Below, one piece after another: positions 9,119-16,947 of a stretch of DNA of 32,871 nt (its first letter is position 1; the number at the start of each line of letters is the position of its first letter). The translations under genes and the position numbers were made by a program. The notes below the pieces were generated by a model. It searched no databases and had not been told where the DNA came from. It was given only the letters and a program-made list of their open reading frames with translations. The DNA lies in the NCBI GenBank assembly GCA_046538315.1, contig JBKHJD010000001.1, positions 1 to 32,871 of the forward strand, in the 5' to 3' direction. This DNA comes from Syntrophobacteria bacterium (GTDB lineage: Bacteria; Desulfobacterota; Syntrophobacteria; BM002).

Positions 9119-9323
9119 CTGGTTCCATCCTCATGGAAGGGACCGAGTCGGTCTCATGCTTTTTTGAGGAAGAATAGAGTACACGAAGCGAGAAAATGCC
9201 AGGGTATTCAAACCGGCAAGGGACCGATATCGGTGTGGGTCTCTCTGGCCGGACAAAAGATGAGCCGGCAAGCTCTGGAGCCACACTGCCTCTGTCTCGC
9301 CCTGATCTTCCACGGGAGCATTC

Positions 9324-10145
9324 CTACATTCTCTTCAGGAGCTCATCCACCAGTCGCACCATGTGCGGCTCCGCCCCCTTAGCCGTGGCTATGACCTGTT
9401 CAATGGGAGCGGGCTTGTAATCATCCGGCAGGTTGACATTGGTAATGACCGACAGAGCGAAAACACGAATCCCCGCATGGACGGCCACGATCACCTCCGG
9501 TATGGTGGACATTCCTACAGCGTCTGCGCCCATGAGCCGCAGAAAGCGCGTTTCCGCGGCAGTCTCCATGCTCGGACCCGTAACCCCCACATAGACACCC
9601 CGATGGATCCTGATGCCCAGATCCCGAGCCGCCTGTTCAGCCACTTCGTTCAGCCTGCGGTTATACGGCTCGGTCATCTCCGGAAAACGCGGCCCCCATT
9701 CCTCCACATTATCGCCGCGCAGGGGATTCAGACCGGTAAAATTGATGTGGTCACATATGAGCATGAGGTCGCCAGCGCAAAACAGCGGATTCAATCCGCC
9801 GGCCGCATTGGAAATGATGAGGGTTCGCACTCCCATGGCGGCCATGACCCGAACGGGAAAGGTGATCTCCTTGGGTTCGTAGCCTTCATAGTAATGAAGG
9901 CGGCCCTGCATAGCCACGACTCTTCTGCCGCCCAGGGAGCCGAAGATGAGTTGTCCCCTGTGGCTTGCAACGGTGGGTACCGGAAAATGCGGGACTTCCC
10001 GGTAGGGAATCGCGGCGGCGATCTGGATGCGATCACCCAGTCCTCCCAGCCCCGTCCCGACAACAATCCCCACCTCTGCCTGGATATCGACCCTTTTGTT
10101 GAGAAAAGCGACACTCTCGTTCACCCGGCCCAGTTGTGCTCTCAT
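9324..10145 (-). CDS. punA: purine nucleoside phosphorylase, trimeric PNP/MTAP family
   Basis: 273 aa. It carries GIVVGTGLGGL, HRGQLIFGSLGGRRVVAMQGRLHYYEGY, ISNAAGGLN and GMSTIPEV, the classical PunA/XapA/human-PNP-type pattern. Confidence 0.85.
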   Translation of the reverse strand: MRAQLGRVNESVAFLNKRVDIQAEVGIVVGTGLGGLGDRIQIAAAIPYREVPHFPVPTVASHRGQLIFGSLGGRRVVAMQGRLHYYEGYEPKEITFPVRVMAAMGVRTLIISNAAGGLNPLFCAGDLMLICDHINFTGLNPLRGDNVEEWGPRFPEMTEPYNRRLNEVAEQAARDLGIRIHRGVYVGVTGPSMETAAETRFLRLMGADAVGMSTIPEVIVAVHAGIRVFALSVITNVNLPDDYKPAPIEQVIATAKGAEPHMVRLVDELLKRM

Positions 10146-10241
10146 GGGAGAACCTTCATGGCATCCTTACCTCCATACGCCTCTGTCTTTCCTGGTACAC
10201 CCCCATCCACCTGGTCGTGAGCTGTGACTGCACGCCAGAAG

Positions 10242-11171
10242 CTACGGCTGCAGCTCCCCGATACTTGCTTCAAGGCTCTGGGGATCCTCCACACAATGGA
10301 CAGTTGCGTTCCTGTCGATTTGTCGCATCAGGCCCCGGAGCACCCTTTTGGGGCCTACCTCGATGAACCGTCGATACCCGTCCCTGAGAAGCCTTTCCAC
10401 GGATTGTTGCCAGTGTACCGGAGAGCAGAGCTGGCGTGCGAGATTCTCTCGAGCCGTATTCCCGCCGGTAACATAGCCAGCGTCCACGTTAGCCACCACC
10501 GGTATCTCTGGGTCCTGGAATGCATAGTTGGCCAGATCGTGCTGAAATCTTTCCCGGGCGCTTTCCATGAAGCGGCTGTGCCACGGTCCGCTTACATTCA
10601 GGCGCACGCATTTCCTCGCCCCGCATGCCCCTGCCATCTCCATGGCCTGAAGTACGCCCTCTTCAGAGCCGCTGACAATAATTTGCCCGGGCGAATTGAA
10701 GTTTGCCATCTGGACGTCGCACGCCCTGGCGATTTCTTCAATCTTGTCCATAGACAGGTTGAGGATAGCCGCCATGGCACCGGGATGTTCTTCTGCGGCC
10801 TCCTGCATTCGCTTGCTCCGAAACCCTACGAGCTCCAGCACCGCTTTTTCATCGAGCACCCCGGCAGCATGCAGGGCATTGTACTCTCCCAGACTGTGTC
10901 CGGCAGTTGCTGAAGGTTCCACCTTGTGGAGCCGGAGAACCGTCAAACACGCCATATTGACCAGCACGATTGCAGGCTGTACGTTCTGGGTACGTACAAG
11001 TTCATCCTCTGGACCCTGAAAGCAGAGCGCCTTCATGTCCATATTCAGCACTTCGTCGGCACGGGAGAAAAGCTCCTGCACCTGCGGGTATGTATCGTAG
11101 AATGCCCTGCCCATGCCCACATACTGGGAACCCTGTCCAGGAAAAAGAAAAACCAGGCCTTGATTATCCAT
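10242..11171 (-). CDS. fabD: ACP S-malonyltransferase (malonyl-CoA:ACP transacylase)
   Basis: FLFPGQGSQYVGMG and the active-site GHSLGEY are present. I chose ATG 11171; the ORF track starts at GTG 11180. No other fab genes are adjacent. Confidence 0.85.
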   Translation of the reverse strand: MDNQGLVFLFPGQGSQYVGMGRAFYDTYPQVQELFSRADEVLNMDMKALCFQGPEDELVRTQNVQPAIVLVNMACLTVLRLHKVEPSATAGHSLGEYNALHAAGVLDEKAVLELVGFRSKRMQEAAEEHPGAMAAILNLSMDKIEEIARACDVQMANFNSPGQIIVSGSEEGVLQAMEMAGACGARKCVRLNVSGPWHSRFMESARERFQHDLANYAFQDPEIPVVANVDAGYVTGGNTARENLARQLCSPVHWQQSVERLLRDGYRRFIEVGPKRVLRGLMRQIDRNATVHCVEDPQSLEASIGELQP

Positions 11172-11337
11172 ACGAGTCACTCTTTCTGTCTGGAAACTGA
11201 GCGCCTACGGCACAAAAACACATCCCGATCAATGAAGTTTTCATTAAAAGATCAGGCTTTGCCGTTGTCAAGAGAAACCTTTGATTTCAATGCCAGCAAA
11301 CCGCCTCCTGGGGCGTGGATGTTTTACTCTCTGGGCC

Positions 11338-11366
11338 TTGAATGAGCAGACGCAGCGCTCTATAAT
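11338..11366 (+). promoter_or_regulatory. candidate sigma70 promoter for the CoA-transferase/GNAT gene
   Basis: TTGAAT (11338-11343), a 17-nt spacer, then a perfect TATAAT (11361-11366). It lies about 125 nt upstream of ATG 11493. Confidence 0.55.
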
Positions 11367-11492
11367 GCCCAATACAGTACATTATACAAAGTGGTCTCCA
11401 GCCGGCAGCATGCATGCACCGCCGGGGGGAGAGGCGGCAACGACCGGCTGGGTCCGGGACTGTATGCTTTGCGGCCCAGGGGGAGCCAACAG

Positions 11493-13388
11493 ATGTTCCT
11501 GGAAAACTGGGAGGACTCGTACCGGAGCAAGCTCCAGACTGCCCGCAATGCTCTCGAGCGCTATCTGAAGAACGGCCACCGGGTATACATTGGCACGGGC
11601 TGCGGCACACCCCAGCATCTCGTAGAAGCTCTGGCCTCGTGCTTGGTTAAATGTACCGACGTGGAGGTGATCTACGCCCTTGCCCTCGGCCCAAGCCCCC
11701 TGATCCAGGACAGCCTGTGCCACGCCTGCCGGATCAAGACCTTTTTCGTCACTGATGCCCTCCGGGAGGCGGTCTTCGAAGGCCGCGCCGATTATGTCCC
11801 CGTATACTTTGCCCAGGCACCAAACCTCTTCAGGAGAGGAGCACTCTCCCTGGACCTTTCGCTCATCCAGGTCTCTCCCCCAGATGAGCACGGCTTCTGT
11901 AGCCTCGGGGTTTCAGTGGACATGGTCAAGGCAGCAGCTGAATGTGCCCGCCGGGTCGTCGCCCAGGTCAATCCCCAGATGCCGCGGGTACTGGGAGACA
12001 GTTTTCTTCACGTCAGCGAACTGGACGCCGTTGTAGAACGTGAAGAACCGCTCATCGAGATGCCTCTGCCCGGACGCCAAGCCGTTGCGGAGAGGTTGGC
12101 CAGATACGTGGCCAAGCTGGTGGACGATGGTGCTACCATCCAGGTCGGCATCGGCCGTATCCTCAGCGCGGTGCTCTCCCATTTGACCGAAAAGCGTGAT
12201 CTCGGGGTGCACTCCGAAATGATTACCGACGCTTACCTGCCCCTGATTGAAAAGGGGGTCATAACCGGCAGGGAAAAGAGTATTCACAGGGATAAAATTA
12301 TCACCAGCTTCTGCCTGGGTACCCGCAAGTTGTTTGACTTTGTTTACAATAATCCGCAGGTGGAACTCCACCCCAGCGATTACGTCAATCACCTGGAGGT
12401 GATCAGTCAAAACCGCCACATGACGGCCATCAATTCGGCCCTTCAGGTTGACCTCTCCGGGCAGGCCTGTGCCGATTCCCTCGGCCACAAGATCTACAGC
12501 GGCATAGGCGGGTATACCGATTTCAGTGTCGGTGCGTTACGTTCCCCGGGAGGCAGGTCTGTGATCGTGCTTCCCAGCACGAGCTCCGACGGTCAGAGGT
12601 CGCGCATCGTCTCCCACCTGACACTCGGTGCCGGAGTGGTGGGTACCCGGGCCTCCGCCCAGTATGTGGTCACCGAGTTCGGCATCGCTTCCTTGCATGG
12701 AAAAACTATCCGCGAACGGGCTCTGAGCCTGATCAATATCGCCCATCCCGGGTTTCGCGAACAGCTCCTTGAGCAGGCCAAGGGCATACGCTACGTGTAT
12801 GAAGACCAGATACTGCCGCCTTCTCAGCTCTACCCTGAGGAGTGGGAGACGCACCAGATCTTCGATCCAGATATCAGGGTCGACTTTCGCCCCATCAAGC
12901 CCACCGACGAGCGAGGGCTCCAGGAGTTTTTCTACTCTCTGCCGGACCAGGACATCTACTACCGCTTCCTTTCGGCCATGAAGGTATTTCCCCATCGTGA
13001 CACCCAGGAGATGGTGAACATCGACTACGAGACCGAAATGACCATTGTGGGGGTTATCGGAAAGATCGGTTCGGAAAAAATCATCGCAGTTGGCCGGTAT
13101 ATCCTGGATCAAAAGTCCAACTTTGCAGAGGTCGACTTTGCCGTGCGCGCCGAATGGCAGCACAAAGGTATCGGCACATTCCTGGTTCACTACCTGGCTG
13201 AAATCGCCCGGGGCAAGGGAGTCACCGGTTTTGTCGCTTACGTTCTCGCCGCCAACAGAAGTATGCTGAGCGTATTCCACAAGACAGGCTACGTGATTCA
13301 CAGCAGTCTGGAAGACGGCATCTATGAGATCAGTCTGCGCTTCGATGAGCCGGCCCGGCAATGTTTTACGGATCCCGCTGAAGAGTAA
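11493..13388 (+). CDS. fusion protein: acetyl-CoA hydrolase/transferase (family I CoA-transferase) N-terminal part plus Pat-like GNAT acetyltransferase C-terminal domain
   Basis: ORF 11391..13388 trimmed to ATG 11493, with GGGGGAG 8 nt upstream. The N-terminal ~460 aa resemble Ach1/Cat1-type CoA-transferases (GHRVYIGTGCGTPQHL, IQVGIGR, SGIGGYTDF). The last ~170 aa (from ~12870) form a GNAT with WQHKGIG and the Pat-type strings IYYRFLS and IDYETEMTIVGV. Confidence 0.8.
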   Translation: MFLENWEDSYRSKLQTARNALERYLKNGHRVYIGTGCGTPQHLVEALASCLVKCTDVEVIYALALGPSPLIQDSLCHACRIKTFFVTDALREAVFEGRADYVPVYFAQAPNLFRRGALSLDLSLIQVSPPDEHGFCSLGVSVDMVKAAAECARRVVAQVNPQMPRVLGDSFLHVSELDAVVEREEPLIEMPLPGRQAVAERLARYVAKLVDDGATIQVGIGRILSAVLSHLTEKRDLGVHSEMITDAYLPLIEKGVITGREKSIHRDKIITSFCLGTRKLFDFVYNNPQVELHPSDYVNHLEVISQNRHMTAINSALQVDLSGQACADSLGHKIYSGIGGYTDFSVGALRSPGGRSVIVLPSTSSDGQRSRIVSHLTLGAGVVGTRASAQYVVTEFGIASLHGKTIRERALSLINIAHPGFREQLLEQAKGIRYVYEDQILPPSQLYPEEWETHQIFDPDIRVDFRPIKPTDERGLQEFFYSLPDQDIYYRFLSAMKVFPHRDTQEMVNIDYETEMTIVGVIGKIGSEKIIAVGRYILDQKSNFAEVDFAVRAEWQHKGIGTFLVHYLAEIARGKGVTGFVAYVLAANRSMLSVFHKTGYVIHSSLEDGIYEISLRFDEPARQCFTDPAEE

Positions 13389-13406
13389 GCAGTAAGCAGT
13401 AGGCAC

Positions 13407-13442
13407 CAGGCAGTACGCACTAGACACTAGTACTGCGTCTGA
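13407..13442. terminator. weak hairpin between convergent genes (possible bidirectional terminator)
   Basis: GCAGTAC (13410-13416) pairs with GTACTGC (13430-13436), extendable by CAG/CTG with a 2-nt bulge. There is no clean U-run. Confidence 0.3.
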
Positions 13443-13522
13443 TAAATTCTGTCCCGTTCGGTGGCATAATGAAATCTCAAAGCAGTAGTCACTATGTAAC
13501 CCACTTTTCAGAGACAGAGATT

Positions 13523-15289
13523 TCACTGGACAGGTGGACGCACGTTTGCACCTTCGAGGGCCACGCTCAACGTGTGAAACACATGATCCACCAACAAGGA
13601 AGTCAATACGCTGGATCCCTCACAGCGGGTCGAAATTATCTCCATGTAGTGCGGTTTGCCACTTTCATCTGCAAATGTAATGCGTTCTCCTGCCTTGAAA
13701 CCGCCTCGCCGGAACCAGACCTCCGGGGGCAACAGCCAGGTCTTGCCGTAGCGGGCCTGGAACTCGAAAAACGAAACGGTGTCAAAAGGATGCTGGAGGT
13801 AGAGCACCAGCTCTTCATCTGAGACCGGGCGCCCCAGCCGAACCTCCAGGTTACGGCGTTCCAGATCCGGGTCCGCTTCCCGCGGCTTTACCTGGCCACC
13901 CTCATCGGCGAGGATCTGATGCCACTTCTTGCCGTCAGCTCGCTGAGACTCCAGAACTTTCTCGCAGATCCATTCCTGTGGGTCATAGAAGGGCAATGGT
14001 CCATACCGGCCGAGGATAAGATTCTTTAAATCCAGAGAAGGTCTCGCGTAACGGCCGTACAGGATGTTGTTAACCGCGGTGGTCCAGAGAATCTGCGATC
14101 CGGGAGTCACGGACCACCAGTTTCCAAGCTCCACCTGAACCCGGGCCATCTCTCCAAGGATCTCGGGCAGCCGGTCGAGAAATCCTCCCTTGTCCGCCTG
14201 CTCGAAGGTGCTACCGGCCGCGCCCCCGGTGAGTTTGTAGGAAGCCACCGTTGGATCATGACCCCGGTACTGACTTTCGAACGGCTCGTAGATCCTTCGC
14301 TCCCGGCGCAAAATATCCGAGCACTGGACCAGGGCTCGGGTACTCATACCCAGGGCTTTCTTGCCATAATCCTCGAGATTCTGGATAAACGACAGGGCGG
14401 GAGCCTGACCGTATATCGCCCCGTAGCCGTGGTCTGCCACGTCACAGATCTTCGCTCCCGCCAGAATCGCAGCGCTCATCCGGCCAATGTCGTTGCCGTC
14501 TGTATTGCACCCGTGGTAGTGCAGGATGACTTCCGGAAAGGATGCGCGGATTGCTTCTACCAGTTGGCCGATGCGCTTGGGCGTTCCGAGGCCCGAATGG
14601 TTCTTGATGGAGACGATGACCTCGGGCCCGGTCACCTCCAGAATCTCCCCGACTTTCTGCACATAGAACCGATCAGTGTGCTCCTTGCCGGTACTGAAGC
14701 AGATACTCGGCATCAAAATTCGCCCTGCCCGTTGCACTTCCTCGAAAACCGGGATCATGTTGGGTACATGGTTGAGAAAATCGTACACTCTCCACACATC
14801 AACGTATTTGGCGAACTCCTTCACCGCCAGGCGGATGACGTTTTCAGGATAGTGGCGATAGCCGAACAGATTCGCTCCACGGCATACGGTCTGGAGCAAC
14901 GTGCTTGGCATAGACCTGCGTGCGATGCGAAGCCTTTCGAAGGGGTTTACCTGTTTGCGCATGAGATCCACATGCACAGACGCCCCGCCGCTTACCTCCA
15001 CAGAAAAGAAACCGGCTGCCTCCCGATGGGAGGCCACGCGCTGGGTGGTCATAGGCATCAGGCGGTTTTTGAAGTCAGACTGAGAAACATCCCGTTCATT
15101 GTTGCAGAGATAGTAGCCGTCTGCATCCCGCAAGGTGTCCAGGATCTCTTTGACGGTCATCTCTGTGGTAATTCGTTGCTCCAATGCCCCACTCCTTTTC
15201 CCCTCAAGAATCGCCCGGCTATCGCTTCGCTCGCTGACCATGCACCGATCCTGAAACCTTTTGGCCGTGCACAACGTCCTTTGCGCCAT
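13523..15289 (-). CDS. pyruvate-carboxylase subunit B / oxaloacetate-decarboxylase-alpha-like carboxyltransferase (5S-type CT domain), no recognisable biotinyl motif
   Basis: CT-domain landmarks: ERDVSQS (cf. RDAHQS), SVEVSGGAS, IKNHSG (cf. carbamyl-Lys KDMAG), LHYHGCNTDG (HxH), VTPGSQILW. The start is uncertain: 15289, 15241 and 15160 are all possible. Confidence 0.75.
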   Translation of the reverse strand: MAQRTLCTAKRFQDRCMVSERSDSRAILEGKRSGALEQRITTEMTVKEILDTLRDADGYYLCNNERDVSQSDFKNRLMPMTTQRVASHREAAGFFSVEVSGGASVHVDLMRKQVNPFERLRIARRSMPSTLLQTVCRGANLFGYRHYPENVIRLAVKEFAKYVDVWRVYDFLNHVPNMIPVFEEVQRAGRILMPSICFSTGKEHTDRFYVQKVGEILEVTGPEVIVSIKNHSGLGTPKRIGQLVEAIRASFPEVILHYHGCNTDGNDIGRMSAAILAGAKICDVADHGYGAIYGQAPALSFIQNLEDYGKKALGMSTRALVQCSDILRRERRIYEPFESQYRGHDPTVASYKLTGGAAGSTFEQADKGGFLDRLPEILGEMARVQVELGNWWSVTPGSQILWTTAVNNILYGRYARPSLDLKNLILGRYGPLPFYDPQEWICEKVLESQRADGKKWHQILADEGGQVKPREADPDLERRNLEVRLGRPVSDEELVLYLQHPFDTVSFFEFQARYGKTWLLPPEVWFRRGGFKAGERITFADESGKPHYMEIISTRCEGSSVLTSLLVDHVFHTLSVALEGANVRPPVQ

Positions 15290-15298
15290 GCACCTTCA

Positions 15299-16765
15299 TT
15301 ACTGGGCATACGGGTTATGCTCATATGCATTGATCTCGGCAATGAGCCGGGCTATCTTGTCCACCTCCCTTGCCTCCTCCTGGTAATCCAGAAGGTGCGG
15401 GTGGCTATCAATGTAGGAGGTATCAAATTTCATCTGAATGAAGTCCGCTTCATGAACGATCTGCTGAAAATAGGGGATCGTACTCTTCACCCCCACAATC
15501 AAAAACCCCTCCAGGGCCCGAGCCAACCGGTCCACCGCCTCCTGCCAGGTAAAACCGTAGACCGTCAACTTCACCATCATGGAATCGTAGTAACGCGGAA
15601 TTTCGTAACCCTGGTAGATTGCCCCATCGAGCCGAACGCCATGGCCCCCAGGGGACTGGTACACCTGCACCACCCCGGGACTTGCGAAAAAGTTGTTCTT
15701 GGGATCTTCGGCATTGATTCGCAGTTCGATGGCGTAGCCCCGCTCCGTCACCTGGTCCTGGGAAAAGCTGATGGGCTCCTCCAGGGCGATCAGCAGCTGC
15801 TCGCGCACCAGGTCGATGCCGGTCACCGCTTCGCTTACCGTGTGTTCCACCTGAATCCTGGTGTTCACCTCGAGAAAGTAAAAAGAGCCGTCAGGCTCCA
15901 CCAAAAACTCCACCGTTCCCGCACTCAAATAGTTTGCAGCCCTGGCTGCGACCACTGCTGCCGAGCAGATTCTCTCGGTCAGCTCTGGCTTGAGCCCGGC
16001 GGGAGCGATCTCGATGAGTTTCTGATGGCGACGCTGTATGGAGCAGTTACGGGTGCCCAGGTGGACCACATTGCCGTACATGTCGGCTAGGATCTGCACC
16101 TCCACATGCTGGGGGCGATGAAGGCATTTCTCGAGGTAAACGGCCTCGTCGCCAAAAGCCATCAGGGCCTCGGAGCGTGATTGCTTCAACCCCGCAAGCA
16201 GACTCTTCTCGTCCATGACCTGGCGAATGCCGCGACCACCGCCTCCGGAGACTGCCTTGATCATGATAGGGTAGCCGTATTCAGCGGCGAAGGCAAGTGC
16301 CTCCTGTCCGCCCTCTTTGCCCTGGGAAAGAGCCTCGGTAGCGGGGATAACGGATATCCCTGACTCCTGGGCAATCCTGCGGGCAATTATTTTGCTCCCC
16401 AGACTCCGGATGACCTCCGGTGGAGGGCCCACGAAGACCAGGCCGGCGTTGATACAGGCCTCCGGAAAATCAGGATTTTCAGCAAGAAAGCCGTAACCTG
16501 GATGAATCGCCTGCGCACCGGATTTCCTCGCCGCAGCGATAATCCGGTTGATGTTCAGATAGTCCTTGCGTGGACCTGGTCCGATGCAGACAGCCTCATC
16601 AGCCCGCATGATATGGAAAGCGTCTTTGTCTGTCTCTTCATAGATGGCCACCACCTTGATGTCCAGTTCCTGCGCCGATCTCATGATTCGAACGGCTATC
16701 TCTCCGCGGTTGGCCACCAGAATTTTCTCAAACATCAACTTTTCTTTAATGTGGTTCTCAACCAT
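15299..16765 (-). CDS. biotin carboxylase (AccC / pyruvate carboxylase subunit A type)
   Basis: ILVANRGEIAVRIMR, HPGYGFLAEN, an ATP-grasp core (MIKAVSGGGGRGIR) and EVNTRIQVEHTVSE are present. The alternative start ATG 16735 (MFEKILVANRGEIA) fits family N-termini. The stop is 10 nt before the CT gene's longest start. Confidence 0.85.
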   Translation of the reverse strand: MVENHIKEKLMFEKILVANRGEIAVRIMRSAQELDIKVVAIYEETDKDAFHIMRADEAVCIGPGPRKDYLNINRIIAAARKSGAQAIHPGYGFLAENPDFPEACINAGLVFVGPPPEVIRSLGSKIIARRIAQESGISVIPATEALSQGKEGGQEALAFAAEYGYPIMIKAVSGGGGRGIRQVMDEKSLLAGLKQSRSEALMAFGDEAVYLEKCLHRPQHVEVQILADMYGNVVHLGTRNCSIQRRHQKLIEIAPAGLKPELTERICSAAVVAARAANYLSAGTVEFLVEPDGSFYFLEVNTRIQVEHTVSEAVTGIDLVREQLLIALEEPISFSQDQVTERGYAIELRINAEDPKNNFFASPGVVQVYQSPGGHGVRLDGAIYQGYEIPRYYDSMMVKLTVYGFTWQEAVDRLARALEGFLIVGVKSTIPYFQQIVHEADFIQMKFDTSYIDSHPHLLDYQEEAREVDKIARLIAEINAYEHNPYAQ

Positions 16766-16947
16766 GATATCTTTCCCGCCGTTTCCCTGGACCAGGACAC
16801 ACTGATGGGTCTGTGTTCCGAAAAGCCCTAGACTGGCCGCTGGAAGGAAAGGTAAATAGATGCCGCAGGAGGTGAACGCAGACTAACACAGAACTGCCGC
16901 CATGTAAACTGGTCATTCGCAACTGGACTTTCCCCATTTTTCAGTCA

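Noticed and set aside
14258-16090. A very long plus-strand ORF (610 aa), together with similar long ORFs at 8402..9382 (+), 12537..13526 (-), 6079..6870 (+), 22339..23196 (+), 2943..3671 (+), 9363..10220 (+) and 10224..10913 (+).
   Set aside because: Each lies antisense to, or out of frame with, a gene that has clear family signatures. Their translations are Arg/Pro/Gly/His-rich and low in information, and they lack RBSs. They are typical shadow ORFs of GC-rich DNA.
16925-16933. On the minus strand GGGGAAAGUCCAG matches the RNase P RNA CR-I core (GGAAAGUCC).
   Set aside because: None of the other universally conserved RNase P segments is present nearby, for example the ACAGAA.CCGGCUUA P4 3' strand. 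The remaining space before the accC start is too short. This is a chance 9-mer.
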